Positions 8,868 to 19,070 of a DNA stretch of 64,000 bases are shown piece after piece. Position 1 is the stretch's first letter, and every line of letters begins with the position of its first letter. This DNA comes from an uncultured virus (IMG/VR IMGVR_UViG_3300025133_000035) (lineage: Duplodnaviria > Heunggongvirae > Uroviricota > Caudoviricetes): IMG/VR virus record IMGVR_UViG_3300025133_000035; one strand, given 5' to 3'. Below the pieces are notes generated by a model. That model was not told the origin of the DNA. It saw nothing but the letters and a program-made list of their open reading frames with translations, and did not search any database. The translations under genes were made by a program, and so were the position numbers.

Positions 8868-10847
8868 ATGTATGAACAAAAGGAGCGCGATTCTTCAGTC
8901 CGTCGTTTTCGACTGTCCGAATCTTTTATCGACAATTACCGAGAGCGACCGGTCCCATGGGGTCCACTAGGATATGTGACGTTTAAGCGCACATATGCTC
9001 GACGCTTAAGCGAGACAACGGACGGAGCCCTCGGCACAGAGGAGTGGCACCAGACATGCCGCCGCGTGATCGAAGGAATGTTCGACATTCAGAAGCAACA
9101 CGTTGCCCGATTGGGGCTGGAGTGGAATGATGCAAAGGCACAGCGCACAGCAAAGGATGCTTATGAACGCTTGTTCTCTCTCAAATGGTCGCCTCCGGGT
9201 CGCGGCTTATGGATGATGGGCACAAAGTTCGTTCAAGAGCGCACCGGTGCAGGCTTGTTCAATTGCGCCTTTAGATCAACGAAGGATGTGTCTGCCAAGG
9301 GCGGCTACCTCTTCGCGTGGATGATGGATGCGCTGATGGTTGGCATTGGCGTTGGTTTCGATACCAAGGGAGCCGGCACAGCAACAGTCCATGACCCTAA
9401 CTGGGTCGACGATGTGTATGTGATCGATGACAGCCGAGAGGGTTGGGTCCGCTCCGTACGGATTTTGCTCGATGGCTACTACTTTGGCTCCGATGTTCCG
9501 CGCTTTGATTATAGCGCAATCCGCCCGCTTGGTGCGGAAATTAAGGGTTTCGGCGGCACTTCAGCGGGTCACGGACCTTTGCTGCTTCTGCATGATAGTC
9601 TCCGTGAGCTTTATGATTCCCGCATTGGTGAAACAATAACCTCTGTCGATATTGTCGATACTGAAAATCTCATTGGCAAGTGTGTTGTTGCCGGAAACGT
9701 ACGCCGGTCTGCAGCTTTGGCTCTCGGCGCACACGATGATAAAGAATATTTGTCAATGAAGAACGATCAGGACAAGCTCTATTCACACCGCTGGGGCTCC
9801 AACAACTCTTTTGAAGCTCAGGTTGGCATGGACTATTCGTGGCACGCAGCCCAGAGCCAGAAGAACGGTGAACCCGGATACATCTGGCTGAACAACGCTC
9901 GTACCCGAGGTCGCTTTAAGGATGACCCTCGCGACGATGACCGACACGTTATGGGGTTCAACCCATGTGTCGAGCAGCAGCTAGAGGACGCCGAGCTTTG
10001 CTGCTTGGTCGAAACCTATCCAGCAAAGCATGAAAACTACGACGATTATCTAAAAACATTAAAGATTGCATATCTTTACGGCAAGACCGTCACGCTGGTG
10101 AATACTCATTGGCCAGAGACAAACGCAATCATGCTCAAGAATCGCCGAATCGGACTGTCACAGTCCGGTGTGGTGCAGGCTTTCGCTAAGCACGGTCGCA
10201 GGGAAATCTACGACTGGTGCGACAAGGCATACGATCGTGTACAGGATCTTGATGAGGAATATTCAAACTGGCTTTGCATCCCGCGTTCAGTGAGAATGAC
10301 AAGCATCAAGCCCAGCGGCACAGTCTCTTTGCTCAACGGCTCCACCCCCGGGATTCACTTCCCAGAAAGCGAGTATTACATTCGGAGGATCCGGTTCTCT
10401 GACACCTCGGAGATGCTCCCGCACCTCGTTGCTGCTGGTTATAAAACTGAGCCAGATGCGTACTCTCTGAATACTACAGTGGTGGAGTTCCCCGTGAGAG
10501 AGCCTCACTTTGAGAAGAGCAAGAAGCATGTCTCAATGTGGGAGCAGCTTGAGATTGCTGCTCAGTATCAACATTTCTGGGCAGACAACTCGGTTTCTGT
10601 AACAGTAACCTTTCAGCCCCACGAAGCACAGTCGATCAAGAGCGCTCTAGAAATGTACGAGACTCGCCTGAAGGCAGTGTCGTTTTTGGCTTACAAAGAG
10701 ACGGGCTACAAGCAAGCACCATACGAGGCGATCACCGAGAGTGAATACAAAAAAATGAGTAGCGCGATCACGCCGATTAAGCGGATCGAAACTGAAACTG
10801 CTGGCGCTGGTACCAAATTCTGTACCAACGACACCTGTACAATTTAG
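8868..10847 (+). CDS. nrdJ: Class II (adenosylcobalamin-dependent) ribonucleotide reductase, monomeric RTPR type
   Basis: PPGRGLW, NCAF, GNVRRSA, NPCVEQ..E..ELCCLVE, IKPSGTVS, C-terminal CTNDTC. Confidence 0.93.
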   Translation: MYEQKERDSSVRRFRLSESFIDNYRERPVPWGPLGYVTFKRTYARRLSETTDGALGTEEWHQTCRRVIEGMFDIQKQHVARLGLEWNDAKAQRTAKDAYERLFSLKWSPPGRGLWMMGTKFVQERTGAGLFNCAFRSTKDVSAKGGYLFAWMMDALMVGIGVGFDTKGAGTATVHDPNWVDDVYVIDDSREGWVRSVRILLDGYYFGSDVPRFDYSAIRPLGAEIKGFGGTSAGHGPLLLLHDSLRELYDSRIGETITSVDIVDTENLIGKCVVAGNVRRSAALALGAHDDKEYLSMKNDQDKLYSHRWGSNNSFEAQVGMDYSWHAAQSQKNGEPGYIWLNNARTRGRFKDDPRDDDRHVMGFNPCVEQQLEDAELCCLVETYPAKHENYDDYLKTLKIAYLYGKTVTLVNTHWPETNAIMLKNRRIGLSQSGVVQAFAKHGRREIYDWCDKAYDRVQDLDEEYSNWLCIPRSVRMTSIKPSGTVSLLNGSTPGIHFPESEYYIRRIRFSDTSEMLPHLVAAGYKTEPDAYSLNTTVVEFPVREPHFEKSKKHVSMWEQLEIAAQYQHFWADNSVSVTVTFQPHEAQSIKSALEMYETRLKAVSFLAYKETGYKQAPYEAITESEYKKMSSAITPIKRIETETAGAGTKFCTNDTCTI

Positions 10848-10856
10848 GAGGAAAAA

Positions 10857-11135
10857 GTGAACCTTACACCAAAGAACCGATATATTCGGATTGAAGAGTT
10901 GGCAGCAATAGTGCCAGAAGAGAAAGGATTTGTCCTACCAGACAACTACAAGCCACCGCCGAAAGAGTATGACTATTTTCGAGTCATTTCACAGGCAGAA
11001 GATTGTACGCTCGCGCTCAAGAACGGAGACACCATTGCGGTCGAGAGGCACATGGTCAAGAATCTAATGTTCCATGAGAAGAAGTATATGTTGGTCTTGG
11101 AAAACTATGTTTTGGCTTCGCTTTCGGAAGGATGA
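10857..11135 (+). CDS. groES: GroES-like co-chaperonin
   Basis: LTPKNRYIRIE, GFVLP mobile loop, LKNGDTI, LVLENYVLA; GroEL present in the window. Confidence 0.65.
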   Translation: MNLTPKNRYIRIEELAAIVPEEKGFVLPDNYKPPPKEYDYFRVISQAEDCTLALKNGDTIAVERHMVKNLMFHEKKYMLVLENYVLASLSEG

Positions 11136-12013
11136 AGGGTCACAGGTATCAGTGGGAAGGCATAATCGTAGGTTATAACCTTAGCGCGCTGATTTACGCA
11201 TTCTATACGGGCATGCCCGTTGTGGGATATACATCTTCAATGCCATGGCACTTTGAAAAACTAAGGATCCCGATCAATTTATCGGAGTACGGCATGGGTC
11301 GGGGGGTTATAGAGTCTCGGATAGAATTGTGGCACCATCTTTACATGCTCTTGTCCATGGGCGGTCAGATTCCTTTTGCCGACAACGCCGCCTCTATCCG
11401 TGTCGGCGATGGAAGTTTGTTTATCAGTACCGATAATCGGTCGCGACTTGTTGAGGCGGAACACGAAGTGCTGTGGGTTTTTGATGATCACAACTTAGAA
11501 GGTCTGCCCCCAATCACCACAGCCTGTGACCAATACCGGGTTTGTGATTGGTTTAACGTTCGGTCTGGCATGCGCCACGGAGAGAATATGTTGATGACTC
11601 CCGCCGATGATTTTGTTCGAACTATCCACTTCTATCCCACAGAAAGGCTTGACGGAAACCACCCAGACAAGAAGGACTTGTGTGTAGAATCGTTTCTGTC
11701 AGAGGAGGACTTGGATAAGTTTGAGTACTCTCCCACATATGCCCGCTTTAAAACGCTTAGCACAATGAGATCGCTTGGGCTTAAAGGTTCCAGCAACGGT
11801 ACTTGCCCCAAGTCTGGAAAGAAGAAGCACTATGCACTTAAGATTGAGCACGATCGCAGAGAGAAGAAGAAAATATCAATGCATGCATACGACGAGCACA
11901 ACAAGATCTTTTTTAACAGAGTTACACCCGAAACCCTTTTGTATGAAATTAGAGGTAGAGCGCTGCCTGTTCCCGCGAACCCATATATTCCAAAAGTATT
12001 ATTAAGCTCATGA
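11132..12013 (+). CDS. Hypothetical protein, possible degenerate Rossmann N-terminus
   Basis: IIVGYNLSALIYA resembles a degenerate beta-alpha dinucleotide-binding start. Confidence 0.5.
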   Translation: MKGHRYQWEGIIVGYNLSALIYAFYTGMPVVGYTSSMPWHFEKLRIPINLSEYGMGRGVIESRIELWHHLYMLLSMGGQIPFADNAASIRVGDGSLFISTDNRSRLVEAEHEVLWVFDDHNLEGLPPITTACDQYRVCDWFNVRSGMRHGENMLMTPADDFVRTIHFYPTERLDGNHPDKKDLCVESFLSEEDLDKFEYSPTYARFKTLSTMRSLGLKGSSNGTCPKSGKKKHYALKIEHDRREKKKISMHAYDEHNKIFFNRVTPETLLYEIRGRALPVPANPYIPKVLLSS

Positions 12014-12921
12014 TCGAAACCGGAGTGGCAAACTCTCAGTCATTTCATCTTGCTGGGATTATCCCGATAGCTGGCATGCCGGCAAACATTAACCTTGGGC
12101 TGCCGAATTGCATGGTCCCTATCGCAGAAAATTATACTGCACTTGAACATGCGGTTGTTCAATGCGCCTACGCCGGCTGCGAAACGATCTGGATCGTATG
12201 CAACGATGACACCGCCCCCATCATCCGGCACACCCTCGGAGACACTGTTGAAGATCCGGTTTGGGTCAGCCGCACAATGTCCCGATTTCCGAGCGAACAC
12301 AAGCAGCCGATTCCAATTTTCTATGTACCCATCCACCCCAAAGATCGAGACAAGAGGGATTGCCATGGCTGGAGCGTCCTCCATGGGGCGCTCAGTGCCT
12401 ATCATATTTCCAGACAGATGAGCAAGTGGATTATCCCAGATCGATTTTTTGTTGCATTTTCTACTGGCATTTTTGATCCAACTGTGTTAAGATCATATCG
12501 TAAGAAGATTTCATCAAGTAAGGGATTCTATCTATCCCACAAGGACAAGACCATTCGCGACGGATTACCAATTTGCTTTACCTTCGACGGCGAAGATTTC
12601 AAAAGGTTCCGCCGCGACGTACGAGAGAAAGGCACGCCCGGGTGGTACCCGCCCGCCGAAGGCGAGCAGTACCCCACCAAGAAGCTACCTCTAGAAAAAA
12701 GATACTCTGCACGACACTTTTCGCTTGACATTGTGTTCAGATCTGCTATAATAGAGGAAGCTAATAAAGTTGAAGTCCCGTGGTTCTACCAGATCGGGGA
12801 CTGGAACCAATATCGCAAGTTTTTAGCCTCAGAAGAGGCACCCCACCTTGAGCGTCCGGATAGGCTGTTGCCGACTTCAACGCTCAAACCCATCGGCATC
12901 GATATCACAAAAGGAGAATAA
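12010..12921 (+). CDS. Nucleotidyltransferase (NTP_transferase/GT-A)-like protein, degenerate
   Basis: AGIIPIAG...LPNCMVPI...AGCETIWIV resembles AIILAGG.GTR...PKPLLPI...AGI..I.IV. Confidence 0.55.
   Translation: MIETGVANSQSFHLAGIIPIAGMPANINLGLPNCMVPIAENYTALEHAVVQCAYAGCETIWIVCNDDTAPIIRHTLGDTVEDPVWVSRTMSRFPSEHKQPIPIFYVPIHPKDRDKRDCHGWSVLHGALSAYHISRQMSKWIIPDRFFVAFSTGIFDPTVLRSYRKKISSSKGFYLSHKDKTIRDGLPICFTFDGEDFKRFRRDVREKGTPGWYPPAEGEQYPTKKLPLEKRYSARHFSLDIVFRSAIIEEANKVEVPWFYQIGDWNQYRKFLASEEAPHLERPDRLLPTSTLKPIGIDITKGE
12725..12752 (+). promoter_or_regulatory. sigma70-like promoter inside a CDS, upstream of dnaE
   Basis: TTGACA-N16-TATAAT with extended TG. Confidence 0.6.
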
Positions 12922-12922
12922 T

Positions 12923-13129
12923 ATGCCAACTACAAAGAAGAAGACAGTTTCCGCTGCAGAATTGAAGGAACTAAACGACAAGATTGCAGCACTTGACACC
13001 AAGGTGACTAGCATTTGCAAGCGCCTCGGAGGGCTTCGTTATCATGTGATCCAAGAGAGCGCCAATGGCAACGATCTTGGACCTACCGATTTCGTTCGCC
13101 TCGTCGACAACATCATGGACGAGGTATAA
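12923..13129 (+). CDS. Hypothetical protein
   Basis: SD AGGAG then ATG 12923; coiled-coil-like. Confidence 0.6.
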   Translation: MPTTKKKTVSAAELKELNDKIAALDTKVTSICKRLGGLRYHVIQESANGNDLGPTDFVRLVDNIMDEV

Positions 13130-13135
13130 CCACCA

Positions 13136-16100
13136 ATGACCACTCGCGCCAAGCCCGAGATTCCGTTCGTAAACCTTCACGCTCATAGCGTGGCGGGTTC
13201 TATTTTTGATGCTCTTGGGTACCCTCAAGAACATATGGATTTTGCATACCAGAATGGCTGCAATGCCATGGCACTGACGGATCATGGAAACATGAATGGC
13301 TTGGCGCATCAGGTGTTACACGCCAAGAAGATGCAGGCAGAGGGCAAAGACTTTAAGCCCATCTTCGGCGTGGAGGCTTACTTCATTCCTTCTATCAGCG
13401 ATTGGCGCACCGGCTATGAAGATGCGCGCACGAAGGCTAAGGGCAAGAAGAAAGAGTCTCAATCAGGAACGACGATTGAAGACGAGGATGCTAGCAAAAA
13501 GGTGGTGAAGGATATCCTTCGTCAGCGCGCTCACCTCATTCTGGTGGCACAAAACCAGACTGGGCTTAACAACCTTTTCAAGCTTATCTCCGAGAGTTAT
13601 AAGCAGGAGAACTTCTACCGCTACCCGCGCATGGATTATGAGCTACTGGCAAAGTACTCAGAAGGCGTCATTGCAGCTTCTGCCTGTCTCGGCGGCGTTT
13701 ACGCTCAGGACTTCTGGCATAGCTGGGAGACAGACGAAGATGGCAAGCGCACTTTTGATGAGGCACAAGCTCTCGGTCGCATGTGCGAAACTACTCGCCG
13801 CATGCAAGCCATCTTCGGCGACCGCTGGTATGGCGAACTACAGTGGAACAGCGTACCGGAGCAACATATGCTGAATCAGTGTATCATTGAGATGCACCGC
13901 GAGTTCGGCATTGAGTTGATTTCCACAGCAGACAGCCACTATCCTTCGCCGCAAGCGTGGAAGGATCGCGAGTTGTATAAGCGTCTAGGCTGGCTGGGCA
14001 AGTCCAAGCCTGATTATGAGAGTAACGAATTGCCTATTGATGTAGATGAGATCGGCTATGAACTGTATCCCAAGAACGGCGATCAGATGTGGGAGGCTTA
14101 TAAGAAGTACTCTGCTGGTGCCGGGATTGAGTACGATGACGATCTGGTCCTTACTTCAATTAAGAACGGCTACGACATCGCCCATAGTCGTATTGATTCC
14201 TTCTTTCCCGACAACACGGTCAGGTTGCCTGACTTCGTTGTTCCCGCGGGACTGACAGCAACCGAGGCACTTATTAAGCTTAGCCACGAAGGGCTAAAGA
14301 CTCTCGGCTTCCACGAAAACGAGGATTATATCGATCGCTTGCAGAACGAGCTTAAGGTCATCGATGACAGAGGCTTCAGTAAGTACTTCCTTACAATGAA
14401 GGCTATCGCAGACAAGGCATCAGCGAAGATGCTCACCGGTCCCGGTCGCGGTTCGGCTGCTGGCTCGCTGGTGGCGTATGCTTTGGGCATCACACAGGTT
14501 GATCCTATTAAGTATGGGCTTCTGTTCTCTCGCTTCTTACGCTCTGACGCTACGGACTACCCGGATATCGATTATGATGTGTCGGACCCGATGGCGCTCA
14601 AGGAAGAGCTTATTGCTGATTGGGGAGAGGACACTGTTGCTCCCATTTCCAACTGGAACACACTGCAGCTTAAGTCGCTCATTAAAGACATCGCAAAGTT
14701 CTATGGGATCCCCTTCACGGAGGTCAACCCGGTTACTAGCGCGATGATGTTTGAGGCAACTGGACCAGCGAAGCAGCGCCACGGCATCAAGGCTGGTGTA
14801 TATGTTCCCACCTTTGACGAGGTGATGGAGTTTAGTGGGTCGCTACAGGCTTTCTTGGCTAAGTACCCACACGTTAAGACTCACGTTGAGGCGCTCTACG
14901 GGCAGGTTCGGTCATGTTCGCGTCATGCCGGCGGAGTTGTGGTCGCGGAGAACCTTGATCAATACATGCCGCTTATCAATTCTGGTGGTATCCGACAGAC
15001 GCCATGGGCAGAGGGTCAGAACGTCCGACACCTTGAGCCCATGGGCTTCATTAAGTTTGATATCCTTGGGCTGTCAACACTGCGAATGATTGAGGGTGCC
15101 ATCCGTCACATTCTCCAGCGCCATGCTGGAATCGCTGAGCCGACCTTTGAGCAGATCAGAGAGTTTTACAACATTAACCTTCACCCGGACCAAATCGACT
15201 TCGGAGATCAGGAAGTATATGAGAACATTTTTCATGCCGGCAAGTGGGGAGGAATCTTCCAGTTCGCAGAGAACGGAGCCCAGCAATTCTGCATCAGGGC
15301 TAAGCCGACTAGCATTATTGATATCTCTGCTGTTACTTCTATCTTCCGCCCCGGTCCATTGAGTGCCGGAGTCGATAAAGACTATGTAGAAGCGAAGCAA
15401 TCGCCACAGTACATCAAGTACCTGCACCCGATCGTTGAGGAGATTACTCAGGAGACATACGGCTTCCTGATTTTCCAAGAACAGATCGCGTTGCTGGCTC
15501 ATAAGTTGGGCAAAGACTTGACACTCGATGAGGCTAATCTTCTTCGCAAGCTACTTACTAAGAAGGGAACAGGCAAGAATGATAAGAAAGCGGCTATTCA
15601 TAAAAAGTTTATTCAAGGTTGTGAAGAGAAGGGCATCAAGGTCTCGGACGCTGAAGGACTGTGGGATACTTTTGAGTACTTTTCTGGTTATGGCTTTAAC
15701 AAGTCACACGCAGTGTCGTACTCGGTCCTCTCGTTCCAGTGCGCGTGGCTGATGAACTACTTCCCGTCCGAGTGGGTTGCATCCTTCTTGGACAAGGAGC
15801 CTGAGTCTCGCAAGGAGAAGGCAATCAACATTGCCAAGACCTCCGGGTTCGCGATTGCTCCGCTGGATATCAACAAGTCGGGCACAGTCTGGGAGATTAG
15901 TTCAGACGGCAAGACTCTGGTACAGCCACTCACTTCGGTGAAGGGTCTTGGTGAATCAGCTATCGCTCAGGTGATTGCCAACCGTCCGTTTGAAGCCATT
16001 GAAGACTTCTTATTCAACGAGAACATCACATACTCTAAGCTCAACAAGAAGGCACTGGATGTTCTAATCCGCTGTCAGGCTTTGAACGCTTTGATGGATG

Positions 16101-16588
16101 ACCGCTTCACTGGGCTCAAACACTTCTGGTCTGCTGTTGCTGTCGACCGTCCGAAGAACCGCAAGAAGTTTGCGGAGAATATCGAACTGTACTCCCCAGA
16201 AGGAGACTTCACAGAAGAGGAATTGATTCAGTATCAGGCTGATCTTACAGGAGTATTCCCGTTCGACTTGGTTTTGAGCAACCGGGTTCGCCAACGCCTA
16301 GAGGAGAGGTTCGTGCCGCCACTTGGTGAGTTCGACCCGGATCTGCAGGTGGCATGGTTCGTGCCGCGCAAGATTACTTCGCGGAAGACCAAGAACGGAA
16401 AGATATATTGGGTTGTTGAGGTTATCGATTCATCGAACAAGACAACCAAGATCAAGTGCTGGGGTGTACGACCTGAGCGCGGAGACAATGTTCAGATCAA
16501 TCGCCCGTACATGGCGAAGCTGGACTACGATCCTAAGTGGGGATTCAGCACTCGCTCGATTCACCACAACTTTAAACTATTGGGGTAA
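13136..16588 (+). CDS. dnaE: DNA polymerase III alpha subunit (family C)
   Basis: PHP motifs HAHS, TDHG, GVE, ADSHY; GRGSAAGS, PDIDYD, HAGGV, KFDILGL, YGFNKSH. Confidence 0.97.
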   Translation: MTTRAKPEIPFVNLHAHSVAGSIFDALGYPQEHMDFAYQNGCNAMALTDHGNMNGLAHQVLHAKKMQAEGKDFKPIFGVEAYFIPSISDWRTGYEDARTKAKGKKKESQSGTTIEDEDASKKVVKDILRQRAHLILVAQNQTGLNNLFKLISESYKQENFYRYPRMDYELLAKYSEGVIAASACLGGVYAQDFWHSWETDEDGKRTFDEAQALGRMCETTRRMQAIFGDRWYGELQWNSVPEQHMLNQCIIEMHREFGIELISTADSHYPSPQAWKDRELYKRLGWLGKSKPDYESNELPIDVDEIGYELYPKNGDQMWEAYKKYSAGAGIEYDDDLVLTSIKNGYDIAHSRIDSFFPDNTVRLPDFVVPAGLTATEALIKLSHEGLKTLGFHENEDYIDRLQNELKVIDDRGFSKYFLTMKAIADKASAKMLTGPGRGSAAGSLVAYALGITQVDPIKYGLLFSRFLRSDATDYPDIDYDVSDPMALKEELIADWGEDTVAPISNWNTLQLKSLIKDIAKFYGIPFTEVNPVTSAMMFEATGPAKQRHGIKAGVYVPTFDEVMEFSGSLQAFLAKYPHVKTHVEALYGQVRSCSRHAGGVVVAENLDQYMPLINSGGIRQTPWAEGQNVRHLEPMGFIKFDILGLSTLRMIEGAIRHILQRHAGIAEPTFEQIREFYNINLHPDQIDFGDQEVYENIFHAGKWGGIFQFAENGAQQFCIRAKPTSIIDISAVTSIFRPGPLSAGVDKDYVEAKQSPQYIKYLHPIVEEITQETYGFLIFQEQIALLAHKLGKDLTLDEANLLRKLLTKKGTGKNDKKAAIHKKFIQGCEEKGIKVSDAEGLWDTFEYFSGYGFNKSHAVSYSVLSFQCAWLMNYFPSEWVASFLDKEPESRKEKAINIAKTSGFAIAPLDINKSGTVWEISSDGKTLVQPLTSVKGLGESAIAQVIANRPFEAIEDFLFNENITYSKLNKKALDVLIRCQALNALMDDRFTGLKHFWSAVAVDRPKNRKKFAENIELYSPEGDFTEEELIQYQADLTGVFPFDLVLSNRVRQRLEERFVPPLGEFDPDLQVAWFVPRKITSRKTKNGKIYWVVEVIDSSNKTTKIKCWGVRPERGDNVQINRPYMAKLDYDPKWGFSTRSIHHNFKLLG

Positions 16589-16590
16589 AC

Positions 16591-17040
16591 ATGTCGGATT
16601 GCAAAACTGCCTATGATATTATGGATGTTTTTAAAATAGAAGAAGATGAGATGTCTATGCAATCGGTGCTGGCTTTGGAGCGAGTTTGGATCTTTATAAC
16701 TGAGAGATTCAGGTTTGAAAGACTGAGCGATCTCGACCGCTCTGGCGCTAGGTTGGCGCCCCTTGTGAATGAACAGGCTCAAGTGCTTGTCGCTCATGCA
16801 AAGGATTTGAAAAGAGATTGTACTACCGCAGAGTTAAAGGCGATTAACGATCTATATGATATTTATCTTGCCCGACAAGCGACCAAAGACAAGCTGAATA
16901 AACTCCAATTGTCGGCACTGGCGAGATATACTCCGCTTATTAAAGAGATGTATGGGGCTTGGACTTCAGCAGTTAATAAGAAAAACGAGATATATCGAAG
17001 CCTAAGTCGCGCCCCCGGATCTGGCTTTAGCCGACAATAA
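16591..17040 (+). CDS. Hypothetical protein
   Basis: ORF packed between neighbouring genes. Confidence 0.6.
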   Translation: MSDCKTAYDIMDVFKIEEDEMSMQSVLALERVWIFITERFRFERLSDLDRSGARLAPLVNEQAQVLVAHAKDLKRDCTTAELKAINDLYDIYLARQATKDKLNKLQLSALARYTPLIKEMYGAWTSAVNKKNEIYRSLSRAPGSGFSRQ

Positions 17041-17059
17041 AAAACAAAAGAGAACAAAC

Positions 17060-17680
17060 ATGAAACATATTATTAACGCTAGTCCTCTGTTGAAGGACTA
17101 CGATCTCCGAGATAACTTCCCTGTTGTCATCAGAGTCAGAAACTTCAACGAGGTCACGGCGCGAGACTTTACGCTACAGATGGCGAAGGCTCACAACACT
17201 GGGCAACCAGTTGTCCCTGTTATTATCGACAGTTACGGCGGTGCAGTGTACAGTCTTATGTCTATGATTTCAGATGTACGTAGCTCCAAGCTACCAGTCG
17301 CGACGGTTATCCAAGGCAAGGCAATGTCTTGCGGAGCTATCTTCTCGACCTTCGGCACCAAGGGCATGAGGTATATGGATCCTCACGCTACGGTAATGAT
17401 CCATGACGTGTCAAGCGGAGCATGGGGAAAGATCGAAGAGATCAAAGCAGACGCCAAGGAAGCCGAGAGACTACAGAAGAAGGTCTATCACATGATGGCT
17501 GCGAACTGTGGCAAGAGCAAGAACTACTTCTTGAAATTGATTCACGACAAGGGGCATGCCGACTGGTATCTTGAACCAGACGAGTGCCTTGAGCATGGAC
17601 TAATCGACCACGTTGACATGCCACAGCTTAATGTCGACATTAACGTAGAGATTACGTTTGGTAGCCAAAACCAACAATAA
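17060..17680 (+). CDS. clpP: ClpP-family protease 1
   Basis: IDSYGG, AMSCGA (catalytic Ser), MIHD (His), DWYL...GLID. Confidence 0.88.
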   Translation: MKHIINASPLLKDYDLRDNFPVVIRVRNFNEVTARDFTLQMAKAHNTGQPVVPVIIDSYGGAVYSLMSMISDVRSSKLPVATVIQGKAMSCGAIFSTFGTKGMRYMDPHATVMIHDVSSGAWGKIEEIKADAKEAERLQKKVYHMMAANCGKSKNYFLKLIHDKGHADWYLEPDECLEHGLIDHVDMPQLNVDINVEITFGSQNQQ

Positions 17681-17692
17681 CAACTACTTAGG

Positions 17693-17932
17693 ATGATGGA
17701 CTCTTTTGTTATAGTTATCGGTTCTTTCTTTGTGCTGTTCGCCGCTTTTATGCTGGTGGGCATGTACGCCGCACGCCTACGCCTCAAGCGCAGCGAGCGA
17801 TTGATGGAAGATATGATGAGAGAATATGAGAATGCCTATCAACAGAACCCAGACGATGGTTTTCTGCGCGACAATGTTATTGAGTTCCGCGCCCGTCGTT
17901 GGGCAGAGCACGAAAAAAACAACAAAAAGTAG
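17693..17932 (+). CDS. Single-pass membrane protein
   Basis: N-terminal hydrophobic helix; CTACTTA at 17684. Confidence 0.6.
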   Translation: MMDSFVIVIGSFFVLFAAFMLVGMYAARLRLKRSERLMEDMMREYENAYQQNPDDGFLRDNVIEFRARRWAEHEKNNKK

Positions 17933-17961
17933 TTGACAACAGCCCCTTTATCTGTTATTAT
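17933..17961 (+). promoter_or_regulatory. sigma70-like promoter
   Basis: TTGACA-N17-TATTAT with extended TG. Confidence 0.75.
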
Positions 17962-17993
17962 ATACATACTAATCATTCACCACAGGAGCAAAA

Positions 17994-18287
17994 ATGAGTG
18001 AAGAAGCCCAGCCCACCCCGTCTAAGCGGGAGGCACGCCGCCAACGCTATATTATAGAATATGTGCGTTCCCTTAAGGAAATCGAAGATGCAATGGAGCC
18101 CTACAAGGAACACCGTCGCGACCTTCGCAATGAGTATCGCCGCCAAGGATGGCTTACCCGTGATGAGATGAGTATCGCTGTCAAAGCTTATCGTCTTATG
18201 AAGGGAGAGGTCGACCTCGACGAACTTTACGAGACTTACAGCGTCCTCTCGACTGCTGCTAATCCTGATGCCGAGACCGAGCTATGA
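17994..18287 (+). CDS. Small helical protein, possibly GapR/DsbA-like DNA binder
   Basis: YVRSLKEIEDAMEPYKEHRRDLRNEY..G pattern; SD AGGAG. Confidence 0.5.
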   Translation: MSEEAQPTPSKREARRQRYIIEYVRSLKEIEDAMEPYKEHRRDLRNEYRRQGWLTRDEMSIAVKAYRLMKGEVDLDELYETYSVLSTAANPDAETEL

Positions 18288-18745
18288 TGATCGAATGGTG
18301 CCGCACGCACTTTAACGTTCATCCTCCCTCGCGAGCAAACCCTTCTGACGCTGGACTGGATGTCCACTTCAACCCGAAGGACAACGCATCCGTGACTGTC
18401 AGACCCGGTGAGAGCACAATCTTGCCCACCGGTCTGCGGTTCGGGATCCCGTACGGTTACATGCTGGAGGTTAAGAACCGCTCAGGCATGGCAGCGAAGC
18501 GCAGCCTCATCGTTGGGGCATGTGTCATCGACTCTGGCTATGACGGCGAGGTATTTATTAACCTTCATAACATTGGTCAAACCGATCAAATTATCGAATC
18601 ACACCAGAAGATCGCTCAAGTGGTCATGATTCCGGTGGTTCATTTTCGAGCCATGGAGCGCAACAGCGGCGATGATTTATATGGCTGGTATCCAATCACT
18701 ATCAGTGAACGAGGTGATGGAGCCTTGGGGAGCACAGGTGAGTAG
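18284..18745 (+). CDS. dut: Trimeric dUTPase
   Basis: DAGLD, RSG, VIDSGYDGE, IAQ, RGDGALGSTG. Confidence 0.95.
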   Translation: MMIEWCRTHFNVHPPSRANPSDAGLDVHFNPKDNASVTVRPGESTILPTGLRFGIPYGYMLEVKNRSGMAAKRSLIVGACVIDSGYDGEVFINLHNIGQTDQIIESHQKIAQVVMIPVVHFRAMERNSGDDLYGWYPITISERGDGALGSTGE

Positions 18746-19070
18746 ACTACTCATTATCTTTTTTATCGCTGCGCCCACAGTGGCGCAAGCCAACCCAGCC
18801 TCTGACTACAAGACTCAGTGTGCCGCTTGTCATGGCGAGTCCGGAGCAGGCGATGGTCCTGCCTCCGCCTCTCTGCCCATAAAGCCGGCTAGCTTTCAGG
18901 ACGCAAGTTTCTGGGCTTCGCGAACAGATGCACAGGTACGGACAGCGATTGCTGCTGGCGGCAGTGCGGTGGATAAGTCGCCCTTGATGCCTCCCATCGG
19001 GGCAGACTGGACAGAGGCACAGCTAGATGCAATGGTCGCATATTTAAAAACTCTCAAGGTGAGCAAATGA
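18738..19070 (+). CDS. Secreted monoheme cytochrome c
   Basis: GTG start after SD GGGGAG; signal peptide ending AQA; CAACHG heme motif; GDGP; LMPP distal Met; VAYLKTL. Confidence 0.88.
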   Translation: MSRLLIIFFIAAPTVAQANPASDYKTQCAACHGESGAGDGPASASLPIKPASFQDASFWASRTDAQVRTAIAAGGSAVDKSPLMPPIGADWTEAQLDAMVAYLKTLKVSK

